64,000 nucleotides of DNA from the IMG/VR virus record IMGVR_UViG_3300023178_000019, positions 34,564 to 98,563 of that record; one strand, written 5' to 3'. Within the stretch, counting starts at the first letter, position 1, and every line of letters begins with the position of its first letter. The stretch comes from a virus. The notes beneath the pieces are model-generated. The model was given only the letters and a program-made list of their open reading frames with translations, searched no databases and was not told the origin of the DNA. A program made the position numbers and the translations under genes. Positions 30,361 to 41,900 of this stretch are shown here, in pieces.

Positions 30361-33300
30361 CTATTGCAAATCACCGCGTGTAGGATCGACAAATGTCTTA
30401 AAGAAATAAGCCATTGCAAGTCCGTCTCCTGCCCAAGCTGCTGTTGGTCCTTCTACCATTGCTTTGGTTCCGATTTTAACTTGCCAATCTTCACCACCTT
30501 CAGGTATTGAAGATGTAATTTCGTCTGGTCCGCCTACTTTAACAGTACCTGCTTGTAGCAAACCTGTAAATGTGTCTGAACCACCTTGTGACAACCTACT
30601 TGCTAAGTAAGTTCTAATTGCCCTCTGTGTTGGTACAATATTATTTGAGTTAGCAACAAATGTACCGTCTGTGCTAAACTCTGTAATAACAGTAGGTGAT
30701 CCGCCAAGTGCAACACCACCGATACTCAATTCTGTCAGACCTTCAAGTCCAAACTCTGATGCACTCAAAGTAACAACACCAGTTGCCTGCTCAACTGCAA
30801 ACAAGTCACCTACTCTAAAGTTACCATCTTGGTCTGTGCTTGAATAAAACACACGACCGTTATTTGTCTCTTGGACTTCATCCTGTGGCTCTAGTCCTGT
30901 ATCTACTGGTAAGTTAGGATAGTTAGATTGTATTTCGTTACCAAAACCAATGTTTAGGAAGTCGTGGTTAGTAATACGACATTGACTAAATCTTGAACGT
31001 ATGGTAAACGGTGTATCATTTTCAGGGGCTGTTTCTTGTGTAAGTTGTGGACTAATTGATATTAATGCTTCTAGATTTGGAACTTCTGTTCCTCTTAATC
31101 TAGTTGCACTTGCAACTCTATAAATTTCTGGATTCCCGTCAAACTGTAAATTATCACCTGGAGCAGGGAATCTAGTAATTCCTTTTGCAATAAATTCTAA
31201 TCCAGTTTGGAACGAATCTGAGAAGCCATCACCTCTAATCGCAATAGCAGTAGATGTTGAATTATACCCACTACCTTGACTTATAAATGTTGGAGCTCCT
31301 AGTGTTCCGTCGCCAATTCTTATTTGTATAAGAGCTTCTTCTGAATTGTTAGGGTCTGTAATAGTAACTCCAGGGCCAAAACTGTCATCAGTATAACCAG
31401 AACCTGTTTCTAATAAACTAATTCCAGTAATTCTAGCATTACTAACAGATGCTCTGCCAAATGCTTTACATCCTGCTCTAGCTTTATATGCAGAACTGCC
31501 GAATTCATCTATAGTCATAAACCAACCTTTGTTAGTATTTCGATCAATGCCAAAAGCACAAACATCATAATCGCCGCCGACTGTATCTGTTTCTTGATCC
31601 CAGGTATAACCGTCTGGCGATGTATAACAGATTCCTGTATCTGGGTTAATCACTACAAAAACGCCTTGACCATATTTAATAAATGATCCGCTAACATCTA
31701 CATTAGAAGCATACCAATTTATGCCATTAAAGCTATATGCTGAAGGTCTGTCGTCTCTAGATATTGCTACAAATCTTCCGTTTCCAAATTCAACACTGCT
31801 CCAGTTGTCAATAGTACTTCCGTCGCCATCTTCTCTTAGAGTCATTCCAATCCAAGTAACGCCTCCGTCTGTAGAATATTTTCCAATGTCGTTTGATCTA
31901 GAAATAACTACAAATGTTTCTTTACCATAAGTAATATCGATCCAGTCTTCGTCACCAATAGCTGGTGAAACTACACTAGTCCATGTAATACCATTGTTAT
32001 TACTATAAGCAATTTGTGATCCGCCGTTTGCTACAGCAACAAAAGTTCCGTTACCGTATGTTACCGCTGCATAGTTTAGACCACCTAAACTAGGTAAGTC
32101 TACTGATAACCATGTTAACCCATCAGCTGCTGAAACTAGACAATCTGTTCCATCAGCTGACAAAATAAACCAAGTGTTATTGCCGTAACACGCATCTACC
32201 CAACCGCCATTAGTACCAGGAGTGCCTGATATAGGTAATGTATAAACTTCGTCCCAGTCAGTATAATCACTAGTTCCTAAAACAGTATCACCCTGACGAG
32301 GTATTGCAAGCATTTTATATCCGTCACTTACAATAGCACAGAATCCTAAGCCGTCGCCGCCTTGTATAGTTGGTAGTAACTCAACATAAAAGTTTGGTTT
32401 ATCAAATGTAATTCTTGGTTCAATAATATAAACTGATGTAGAGTCAAACTGTGTAACTAAAGGAGTTCCTGCATTAATGTGATCCCAACCAACTTCGTTG
32501 ATTTGCATAGAACCAGTTTCGTCAATTAATGTTACATCTGGGCCGCCTTCTGTTTCAGAAATTGTAATTTCGTATGATGAATTCGTATCAGTTTTAGAAG
32601 TTACAAAATATTTTGTTCCTTCTACGATGCCGCCAAATATTTCTGTAAAGAATGATCCTTCCATTGCATCTCTACCAGCTTCTAATACTAGTTTAGTGCC
32701 AGTTGTTTGGCCGTTCATTGTTCCTGTGGTTGTAGTTAACACAATTTCGTCTAATACCGTAGTAACAATTACATTACCGACTGCTGTTGTTAATGGAACG
32801 GCTGCGCCTCCTGGTGTTTCGGAAATTGTAAATGATGTAGCATCGTTAACAACCTGTATATAGTAAACTTCATCATTATCAAGTTGTCCAAATGTTACAC
32901 CTGTAAACTTAATAGGAGCATTTACAATAAATCCGGCTGTACTATCAACTGTTATAAGGTTTGATATGCCTTCAGTTGCTGTTGCTGTAGTTGTAATTAT
33001 ATCACTTGCTAAGGTAAAGTTTGTCCCATTTAAAATACTATTAACATAATATTTTGTTTTTTCTTGTAAGCCGCCTAGTATGGTTCCTTCTTTAAAAATA
33101 ATAGGGTTTAATGAATTTAAGCCTGAAGTATCAGCAATAGTAAGACTGTTATCAACTGCACTAGATGCTGTTACTTCAATCGGTAATAGTGCTTCTGAAA
33201 TTGCAAACTCAGTATCATTATAAACTTCATGAATATAATAGGTAGCACCTAGTTCAACGCCGCCGATTGATTTACCTGTAAATTGTATAGGAAGTGTTAC

Positions 33301-36300
33301 CTCCATATTAGCAGTTGTATCTGCTTCTAAGAAGCTAGTTTGATCTGGATAGTTTAATGTAAATGGCGGAATTTCTCCTGTTAATACAATCGGAGAATCA
33401 TCTGGATCCTCAATGTTTACGTTTGATAACGGCCATACAGCACCGCCTAGTGATGTCGAAATTTGGATTGTTCTGTCGTCAATTACGTCAATAATATAAT
33501 AATCAAAACCAACAATAACGCCGCCAAATGTTGTACCACTAAAGTTAATTTTTTGTCCTATACGTAATCTAGCAGTACTGTCAACGTACATGTAGTTATT
33601 TAAATCTCCTAATGTACCTAAAACATTTACTCCGCTTTGTGAAGAACTTAGTACGTCTATATTATAAAATGTAGGTGTAAATTCTATTTTTTGTCCTACA
33701 AAAATTCCATGAAAATCTGTATTAGGTCCAAATATAAGAGTATTATCAGCAGTGTTTACTGCTACAATTTCTTGCTGATCAAAAGATTCTTTAACAACAG
33801 ATGCATACTTAGTAACTGGATCATAATTTGAAATAATACCATATTGACCAGCTCCAATACCTGACTGTACAACTAATCTCATACCTTCATATTCTGTTGC
33901 TGTTGCTACTTCTGATTGTGCTAATATTAAAAGTTCTGTGCTGCCGCCTTGAGCATTATTTGACTGAATATTGTAACCTAAACCGCCTAATCTAACTGTT
34001 TCGCTTTCAAGAATTCTTGACTGGAATATTGATCCAGTTCTTACTTCGTCTGCAATTACTTTAACTCCTGTACCAGCACCTGTTATATTGATATTGGCAT
34101 GTACCGTTGGTGTACTGTCAGTATTTTCTACAAAATAATCTGGAGTATCGCCTATTAATATTTGAGCTCCGTAAAAATTTGTATACCCAGCAATACCGTC
34201 AATTCCTCGAGGATAAACTCGCATTGTTAAATTTGTATTTTGTGCTGTTTCGTCAAATATTGAATATGAAAGTCTCCACCAACCGTCTTCTAAGAAGTCG
34301 GCTCGAAGATCAGTTGGGTCATTTAAATTTCCTAATTGAGATAATGTTGTAAATTCCTCTGTATCAAAATTAAAACGACAACTATATGTTTTTTCTTCTC
34401 CTGGTGTAGGCGATCCACTAAAAATTCCTTCTAAATCAAAATAAGCAGTGTCTCCTTTTTTAGCATGAATACTAACATTATATTTTAATGCAGATCCTAA
34501 AGGAACTGTACCTTCATGATTAATTCCAGAAATTGCTGTAATACTCAAATCTTGCACTGTAACCGTAATATCATTTTCTGGTGATCGTCCGCCGAAATTT
34601 CGACCGTCTATTTGTATTTGATTACCAATAACATAACCGCTGCCGCCGTTATTAACTGTTACCTCATAGCTTTCAGCAAGAACTTTAACATCAAATGTTG
34701 CTTCAATACCAGAACCGCTAATATTTGTTCCCGCAACATTTGTATAAGTTCTTCCTTGAGGTCCAATACCAATTTGTTGTTCAAAATATGCACTGTCAGT
34801 TAGAGAAGTATTTGCAGTTACTCTCCAAGCAAATTCGTTTTCATAAGGAGTAGTATTTGCACGTATAACACTAATATTTGAGTCATTGGTCCAAACAGAA
34901 TCTAATAGATCGTTTGTATAAGTTAATAAGTTTGTGACCTTTTTAAAGTATTCTGATCCGCCATGTGTATATTGTATTTTTAATATTTCAGAATTTGCAC
35001 CTAACGCAGAAACTGCTTCAGCTGTTGCTTCTCCTGATTTGTTGTTAATTATACCAGTTGCAGGAGTTTCTGAATCGTCAAATCCTTCTGAAATAACACC
35101 AAAAGTACCATAAGATGAGTTACCATTTGTTGCACGAATTTTTGCTCCGTCTTCTGCAAAGTAACCTGCATAGTTATAATAAGAGAACACAGAAACACAT
35201 TCTGTTAATGCATCGCCACCTTTACACCAAATACCAATACCATCTGAAATAATTTGTGTAAAGTCGTTTGATACCATTGAACGATTTCCGCCATTGTGTA
35301 ATGTTGAGTCAATTTTACAACCAGTACATCCTTTACCGAACGTAGTTACGTTTTGAATATAAGGAGATTTATATGTAATCCAGGCTTCAGTATCGTCTGG
35401 TCCTTTGCCTGGATCAAGTGCTACATATGCACCTCCAGTTGGACGTCTTGTTAAGTATTCGTTTTCTTCTGTTAATGTACCACGTAAACCTTTGACAGTT
35501 AAATTTCTAATACCTGTAGCGTTACGCACACGGAACATATCTTTAAGAGCATTACCTCCATATACATACATTCCGCCAATGTTTGTTTGTAATTCAACAC
35601 TTGGTCCGTCTGGTACTTCAGAAACACTGAATGTTGTATCAGTAATCGAGTCGCCAATAACATAATAAGTTTGTCCTGCAACAACATTACCAATTATAGT
35701 ACTAATTTCGTCAATTGGATTTAATGAAACAAATTGTACCGGAGAATTATGTACCATATTACGTGTTGATCCTACAGTAAACACATTAATATCGCCTGTT
35801 GTTCGTGTACATAAAGTATTAATAGGATTAGCAGGTTGTATTGTTGTACCACGTAGTTCGTCACCATTAATTGCTGTGTTAGCAGGAACAACAATCGGAA
35901 GTTCTTCAAGATATGTTCCAGATTTTACATTAATTGTACAGTATGCTCCTTCGTTTGCAGACGGAATGTTATCAGGTGATCCTGCAACAAATGATTCTAC
36001 ATATATTCTTTCAAGTGCTCTGACTATTGTAAGTGTATCGCTTTCTAATGTTAAACTACTATTAATATATTGTGTTACAATGCCATTGTCTAATGGCCTT
36101 CCTAGTCTATCAGATTCTAGCTGTTGATAACTTGTTGACGACAGTGTGTTTGTAAGAGCTTTTTCAATATTATTAAATAATTCTACAAAGTAAACTATAA
36201 AATAAGGTGCTTGTGCTGCAATTTCTTCGTTAGTAAACTTGTTTGTACTTTCTAAATCAAAATAAGAAAGGGCTGCTGCAACAGTTTGAGAGTTGCCACC

Positions 36301-38211
36301 TTTTTTCAAATCTTTAACTACTGCGTCAATAATTTGACGAGTATCTCTTATAACCTTATCATTATCAAAGTTTACAGAATCAGCAAACGGCTCGGTTCCT
36401 TGGTTTTGCTGATACAAGAACCAGTAAAAAGTTTCTTGTGTAATCCACTCTTTGTTTCTTTCTATTAGCTCTTTAGCATTTTGTTGTAAAGTTCCTTCTA
36501 AAACTCTTTCACATGCGTACTTAACAGTTTTCCATGCAGTGTCAGGTGTTGTTCCGTATGTTGGTACATCTAAACCGTTTATTGCAACATAATAAACATT
36601 TGTAGTAAAGTTAATGTCACTCCAAGTAGGCAATCCATTTACAACTTTTAAAATACTTGCTTCGTCGCCTATTGGTAGTGCAATGTTTCCTTCGTTGCTA
36701 TCAAATGTAACTAATTCACCTGGTTGACTTAAACTATTTCTTTGATCATGTTGTAAATAAATTACCCAATAATTAGTTTGAAAATCTACATCAGGTCTAT
36801 TAACTAAAGCCGAAGTGTGTTCTCTAATAGCTCTGTATGTTGCATTTCCGTAATATACAACATCGTCAATATTATATAGAGATCCTTCAGCCCAACGACC
36901 TTCCCAGTTAAATCCTGGTATTAACAGTTCCCAATATGCAAAATTAGTACCTACAAAAGTTAACACAGCTTCGTCAGATATTGTGCCGTCTGGCGCATAG
37001 TTTAATGTTACTGTAATTAATTTTGTTTCTTCGTCAACACTAACAGTTTCAACTTGTTGTCCACTAGCAAATCCTTCGCCGATAACTGTCATACCAACTG
37101 TTATAGCACCTAGATTCACAGAATCTTCTGCGTTTAAAACTAGAGTAGTGCCTGACGATCCTTCTGCTTCAAATGGTATAGTAACTTCAAAGTTTCCAGG
37201 ATTTTGACCTACGCTGTCTGTTAGTGCAACATATAAATCTCCGCCATAATTTACAATACTACCGATTTTATATTCTTTGTCTACTACCCAATCACCTTCA
37301 ATATCGTATGCTTGTGTAATAACTTCCCAAGCATCGGTAGAATCTTCACCGTAGTTAGTTGAAGGACGATTTCCTAAGTTATTAATAATTTTACTTTGGA
37401 ATAGATAACCACCATATAATACAACATCACCTGGTTGATAGAATGTGTCAACATCCCATACATTATCAAAGTCTAACCCTGGAAGCCATAATTCCCAGTA
37501 CTCACTAATAAATGTATCTGCAAACTCTGTGTTAACTGAATCGTCAAATCCAATTCCTGGTGCATGTCCCCAAATGCATTTATATAAACTAGGACCGTAC
37601 TTTACAACGTCATTTAATTTGTATCTAACTGTTGCGCTATCTTCTGAAAATGTAGTATATTTTCCTCTGTACTGTACACCATACTGAGATAACTTCCAAT
37701 ATCTTTCAGTACTATCTTCAATGTCTGTATAATCAGCTTCTAATCCTTCTAAATCTGTTGCAGCAGATACATGAGCAATAGTACATTCGTAAGCTGAACC
37801 GCCATAGTTTACAATGTCGCCCGGACCATATGTTGTATTAGATGTCCATTCACTTTTCCAAGTTTTAGACTCCGCATATACGTCCCACTTGTCAATGTCT
37901 GGATCAATTATACTTGCACTAAGATGTTCTTCATTACATTTATAAACAACACCACCGAAAATTACAATATTATCTAATGCATATCTTTTAAACTGTTCCC
38001 AAGGTCCTTTCCAGGTTTGCCCTGTCATCATTAGTTCCCATCTAGGTTCAACAGCGTTTAAATCATTGTTAAATCCATTTGATGTATGAGGAATCAAACA
38101 AACATATGCTTTACCTTCGTATTGTACAATTTCGTCTTTGTTATAAACGTATTGATCTTGCCAGGGGCCTACCCAACTAAATCTTAATCTGCTAATTTTA
38201 AATTCTGACAT
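30361..38211 (-). CDS. Giant virion structural/fibre protein (2616 aa), paralogue of the 3740-aa protein
   Basis: Same N-terminus (MSEFKISRLRF), shared QNVTTFG.GC.GCKID..LH.GGNRS.VSNDFTQ core and shared C-terminus (HDFL.IG.GN, STDQDGNF). Confidence 0.8.
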   Translation of the reverse strand: MSEFKISRLRFSWVGPWQDQYVYNKDEIVQYEGKAYVCLIPHTSNGFNNDLNAVEPRWELMMTGQTWKGPWEQFKRYALDNIVIFGGVVYKCNEEHLSASIIDPDIDKWDVYAESKTWKSEWTSNTTYGPGDIVNYGGSAYECTIAHVSAATDLEGLEADYTDIEDSTERYWKLSQYGVQYRGKYTTFSEDSATVRYKLNDVVKYGPSLYKCIWGHAPGIGFDDSVNTEFADTFISEYWELWLPGLDFDNVWDVDTFYQPGDVVLYGGYLFQSKIINNLGNRPSTNYGEDSTDAWEVITQAYDIEGDWVVDKEYKIGSIVNYGGDLYVALTDSVGQNPGNFEVTIPFEAEGSSGTTLVLNAEDSVNLGAITVGMTVIGEGFASGQQVETVSVDEETKLITVTLNYAPDGTISDEAVLTFVGTNFAYWELLIPGFNWEGRWAEGSLYNIDDVVYYGNATYRAIREHTSALVNRPDVDFQTNYWVIYLQHDQRNSLSQPGELVTFDSNEGNIALPIGDEASILKVVNGLPTWSDINFTTNVYYVAINGLDVPTYGTTPDTAWKTVKYACERVLEGTLQQNAKELIERNKEWITQETFYWFLYQQNQGTEPFADSVNFDNDKVIRDTRQIIDAVVKDLKKGGNSQTVAAALSYFDLESTNKFTNEEIAAQAPYFIVYFVELFNNIEKALTNTLSSTSYQQLESDRLGRPLDNGIVTQYINSSLTLESDTLTIVRALERIYVESFVAGSPDNIPSANEGAYCTINVKSGTYLEELPIVVPANTAINGDELRGTTIQPANPINTLCTRTTGDINVFTVGSTRNMVHNSPVQFVSLNPIDEISTIIGNVVAGQTYYVIGDSITDTTFSVSEVPDGPSVELQTNIGGMYVYGGNALKDMFRVRNATGIRNLTVKGLRGTLTEENEYLTRRPTGGAYVALDPGKGPDDTEAWITYKSPYIQNVTTFGKGCTGCKIDSTLHNGGNRSMVSNDFTQIISDGIGIWCKGGDALTECVSVFSYYNYAGYFAEDGAKIRATNGNSSYGTFGVISEGFDDSETPATGIINNKSGEATAEAVSALGANSEILKIQYTHGGSEYFKKVTNLLTYTNDLLDSVWTNDSNISVIRANTTPYENEFAWRVTANTSLTDSAYFEQQIGIGPQGRTYTNVAGTNISGSGIEATFDVKVLAESYEVTVNNGGSGYVIGNQIQIDGRNFGGRSPENDITVTVQDLSITAISGINHEGTVPLGSALKYNVSIHAKKGDTAYFDLEGIFSGSPTPGEEKTYSCRFNFDTEEFTTLSQLGNLNDPTDLRADFLEDGWWRLSYSIFDETAQNTNLTMRVYPRGIDGIAGYTNFYGAQILIGDTPDYFVENTDSTPTVHANINITGAGTGVKVIADEVRTGSIFQSRILESETVRLGGLGYNIQSNNAQGGSTELLILAQSEVATATEYEGMRLVVQSGIGAGQYGIISNYDPVTKYASVVKESFDQQEIVAVNTADNTLIFGPNTDFHGIFVGQKIEFTPTFYNIDVLSSSQSGVNVLGTLGDLNNYMYVDSTARLRIGQKINFSGTTFGGVIVGFDYYIIDVIDDRTIQISTSLGGAVWPLSNVNIEDPDDSPIVLTGEIPPFTLNYPDQTSFLEADTTANMEVTLPIQFTGKSIGGVELGATYYIHEVYNDTEFAISEALLPIEVTASSAVDNSLTIADTSGLNSLNPIIFKEGTILGGLQEKTKYYVNSILNGTNFTLASDIITTTATATEGISNLITVDSTAGFIVNAPIKFTGVTFGQLDNDEVYYIQVVNDATSFTISETPGGAAVPLTTAVGNVIVTTVLDEIVLTTTTGTMNGQTTGTKLVLEAGRDAMEGSFFTEIFGGIVEGTKYFVTSKTDTNSSYEITISETEGGPDVTLIDETGSMQINEVGWDHINAGTPLVTQFDSTSVYIIEPRITFDKPNFYVELLPTIQGGDGLGFCAIVSDGYKMLAIPRQGDTVLGTSDYTDWDEVYTLPISGTPGTNGGWVDACYGNNTWFILSADGTDCLVSAADGLTWLSVDLPSLGGLNYAAVTYGNGTFVAVANGGSQIAYSNNNGITWTSVVSPAIGDEDWIDITYGKETFVVISRSNDIGKYSTDGGVTWIGMTLREDGDGSTIDNWSSVEFGNGRFVAISRDDRPSAYSFNGINWYASNVDVSGSFIKYGQGVFVVINPDTGICYTSPDGYTWDQETDTVGGDYDVCAFGIDRNTNKGWFMTIDEFGSSAYKARAGCKAFGRASVSNARITGISLLETGSGYTDDSFGPGVTITDPNNSEEALIQIRIGDGTLGAPTFISQGSGYNSTSTAIAIRGDGFSDSFQTGLEFIAKGITRFPAPGDNLQFDGNPEIYRVASATRLRGTEVPNLEALISISPQLTQETAPENDTPFTIRSRFSQCRITNHDFLNIGFGNEIQSNYPNLPVDTGLEPQDEVQETNNGRVFYSSTDQDGNFRVGDLFAVEQATGVVTLSASEFGLEGLTELSIGGVALGGSPTVITEFSTDGTFVANSNNIVPTQRAIRTYLASRLSQGGSDTFTGLLQAGTVKVGGPDEITSSIPEGGEDWQVKIGTKAMVEGPTAAWAGDGLAMAYFFKTFVDPTRGDLQ

Positions 38212-38240
38212 TTATGCGGTTCCTAATTTATTTTACATAT

Positions 38241-38618
38241 TTATGTGACTATCTGTGATGGCAAATAATTGTAAGCCTGATTAATTCTAACTACTAATTC
38301 GCCTTCGTCGTTAACATAATAATACATATTTTTGTTATCCCAGCGATATTGATCCCATTGTAAATTTGTGTACGGACGACTATGATCTTCTTCTAGACGA
38401 CCGTCAAAAAAGTCAACACCATATTCAAACTCAGTAAAATCATCTGCTGACTTTCCTGGATTATTAACTGTAATTGTATCAACGTCCTTTAACTGATCAA
38501 TTTTTGCAAAAAACAAAGTACCGTCCTCTGTTCTTCTTAAGGCATAAAAGTATCTAGGTTGACCTACGCCTAGTAATTCTGTTATACTTGGTGTTCCACC
38601 TACGTAAAATGCTGACAT
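38241..38618 (-). CDS. Hypothetical virion-associated protein
   Basis: 125 aa, GGAG RBS, inside the structural operon. Confidence 0.65.
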   Translation of the reverse strand: MSAFYVGGTPSITELLGVGQPRYFYALRRTEDGTLFFAKIDQLKDVDTITVNNPGKSADDFTEFEYGVDFFDGRLEEDHSRPYTNLQWDQYRWDNKNMYYYVNDEGELVVRINQAYNYLPSQIVT

Positions 38619-38629
38619 ACTTTATCTCC

Positions 38630-38959
38630 TTATACAATCTCTACTGTACTCATAATAACATCGACGCTATCGTCTACGTTAGAAGTAACATACAAATTAT
38701 TCTCTGGAGTAAGAATTAATTTTTCTCCTCCATTTAGTACTCTTAAACTAGCATTTGGCGGCAGTACAATTTCTTTAGCATAATATCCTGTAGTACTAGC
38801 TTCGTCTCTTAATTCAACATCTACTAGTACAGTTCCGCTTGTGATATTAGCTAAACTAAATCCTACTACTGTTACTCTTGCGTTTTCGTTAGTTGCAAGT
38901 ACTTCTGTTCTTTGTGTTCCTATGTTAGGTACTACTTTGTTTTTAAATGTTGTTGCCAT
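38630..38959 (-). CDS. Small beta-rich virion-associated protein (paralogue 2)
   Basis: 109 aa. VVGFSLAN...LPPNASL...EKLIL pattern shared with the other two paralogues. Confidence 0.65.
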   Translation of the reverse strand: MATTFKNKVVPNIGTQRTEVLATNENARVTVVGFSLANITSGTVLVDVELRDEASTTGYYAKEIVLPPNASLRVLNGGEKLILTPENNLYVTSNVDDSVDVIMSTVEIV

Positions 38960-38963
38960 ATCT

Positions 38964-41900
38964 TTATCCTAATACCAATACTGTTGCTAGTGCAATTTCT
39001 TCTGCATCACCTCTAGTAATACCTGCTCCAGAACCCGCAACAGATACCCAGTTACTTCCGTCAAATATTTCAACACGACTATCGTCAGTATTAAAACGCA
39101 TTTGTCCTACTTCAACAAATCCTGCAGGAGGTCTATCAACGCTTGCACCTACTGGAATAACAACACCATATGTGCCGTCAAACTTTACATAACCGTTTCC
39201 AGTATTTTCAAATAATGTAACACTGTCACTTACTGTGTTTGTAATTGTAGAACTTTCAAATGCAAAATTGTCAAATCTTACTCTACCTGCACCGTTTGCA
39301 GACAAACGCAAATCAGTGTCAACTGTGCTAGTTGTTATAACATTGCCGTCGATTTCAACATCGTCAACAATCACTTTCGGTGCGTTTAATCCAGAATCGT
39401 TAACAGTTACAATAGTACTACCTTGAACATCAAATCTAATTACACCGTCATTAGCTCCTTCAGTTAACTCAGCAGTAACTTTTGTATCGCCGTCTAAATC
39501 TTCTACACCTTTTAGATTAATCCAATTTGTTCCGTTATAACCTTCAAAGCGTGATAAGTCTGTATTATAACGAACTTGTCCTGTTACTTCTGCAGGACGT
39601 TCTAATGTTGTACCTGCAGGTAATTTTAATGCACCTGTACCATTAATTATAATATTACCGCTACCAGGTGTTAAATTTAAATCATTAGTTGTAGTAATAG
39701 TAGATCCATTAACATCAAAATCATCAATAATAATAGATCCGGTTCCGTTTGCACGTAGTTCTAAATTACTATTACTTAATGTAGTAGTAATAAAATTGTC
39801 ATCAATTAATATATCACCTGTTGAAAATGAATTAGACTGTATACTATTTGAAACGTTAATATTTTGAACTGAAACTGTATTACCTACTGATAAATTATTT
39901 TCAATTAATAAATCGTTTTCAGGGATATAAACATTTCCTGTTCCGTTTGCACGTAGTTCTAAATTACTATTACTTTCAGTTGTAGTAATTTTATTACCGG
40001 TAACTTGTATATCTTCAAATTGTATAACACTTGCGCTAATAATAACTTCACCAGTTACATCTAGGTTACCAGTTAAATTAATATTACCTGTTTGAGTAGT
40101 ATTACCGGTATGTGTTACATTTCCTACAATATTAGTAGTTTTTAAATTAGTATTACCATTTACAGTTAAATCGTTTTCAATAACAACATTATTGCTCGGA
40201 ACAACTACTTCGCCAGTTCCGTTAGCACGTAATTCTAAGTTTGAATTAGTTTGAGTAGTTGTAATAAAATTATCATCGATTAATATATCGCCAGTACTAA
40301 ATCTGTTTGCAGTAATTGTTCCTGCACTATTAATATCTCCAACAGTAATTGTTCCTTCAACAATTAAATCGTTTGATATAACTAAATCATTATTAGGAAT
40401 TAATATTTCACCAAACTGTGTAGCTCTTAATTCTAAATCCGAAGTGCTAATTGTTGTAGTAATAAAATTATCATCAATTTGAATATTTTCAAATTGTGCA
40501 GCATCGGAAATAGTAATATTTCCAGTAATACCTAAGTTACCAGTTAAATTAATATTACCTGTTTGAGTAGTATTGCCTGTTTGTGTTACATCTCCTACTA
40601 TAGAAACACTTTGTAAACTTGTTGTTCCTTTAACTGTAAAATCTTCGTTTGCAAGTATATCATTATTAGGAATAAAAACTCGTCCAGTTCCGTTAGCACG
40701 TAAATCTAGATCGCTATTTGATTGAGTAGTTTCTATATAGTTGTCTTGTATTAAAATATTATCTGATGCAAAGCTGTCAGCTGTAATTTGTCCAACTAGT
40801 GTAAGATTATTAGCAGTAATATCGTTGCTAACTGTTAAATCATTTGTAATTTCTACATCATTATTTGGTACAAATATTTTTCCAGTTCCACTAGCACGTA
40901 ATTCTAAATCTGCATTTGAGCTAGTAGTTGTAATATAGTTGTCATCAATTAATATTTCTTCAAACTGTGCTGCACCAGTTATATCTACGTCTTGAGTTAC
41001 TGTAAGATTGCCATCAACAGTTGTATTGCCAGTTTGATTTAAATCGCCTACTAGAGTAAGTGTTCCGGTAACACTTGTATCTGACAAGGTTGTTGTTCCA
41101 CTTACTGTTAAGTTATTATCAATTTGTACATTATTACTTGGAACAACTACTTCGCCAGTTCCGTTAGCACGTAATTCTAAATCGCTATTAGATAAACGTG
41201 TTTCAATGTAATTTTCACGTATTTGAATATCGTCTACATTAATTTCATTTATGTATAAATTTTTCCAAGTTTTAGTTACAGTACCTAAACTATAAGTGCT
41301 TGCAGTTTTTGGAATAATGTCTGAGTCAATACCTGCAATAATTTGAATAGTGTCAGTTGCTTCATCACCAATTGTAATATTGCCTCCGATAGTAACATCA
41401 CCTGTTACATCAAGACTTCCAGTAACATTTACATCAGCATTAAGATTAATTTCACCACTACCTGCTGCAAAGTTAGCATCTTGTGTTAATGTTTCTACAG
41501 TGTTGCCGCTTATGCGCCAATCACCTGTTTCAATCTTAGTACCGTCAACAAAAGTAGTATCGCTTCCTGTAACAAATGTTACACCATTGTCTGTATTAAT
41601 TTCAAAATCACTTACTGCAAATGTTACACTACCGGTTTCTTGATTAACGTAGAATAAGTCTCCAACTCTAAAGTCGCCTTTGTGATCAACTGAGTTATAA
41701 CGTATTTTTGCACCTTGTGATTCAACAACTTCGTTTGCTTGGATAACAGTCTCGGTGTCATTAGTAACTTCTTTACCGTTGCCAATGTAAGCAAGGTTGT
41801 GTCCAATAGCATACATAATAACACCCGGACCTTGTCCAACAAGTCCAAAGTTACCGTAAACTGATGCAGAAGCAATTAAGCGTACTTCTGCACCAAATTC

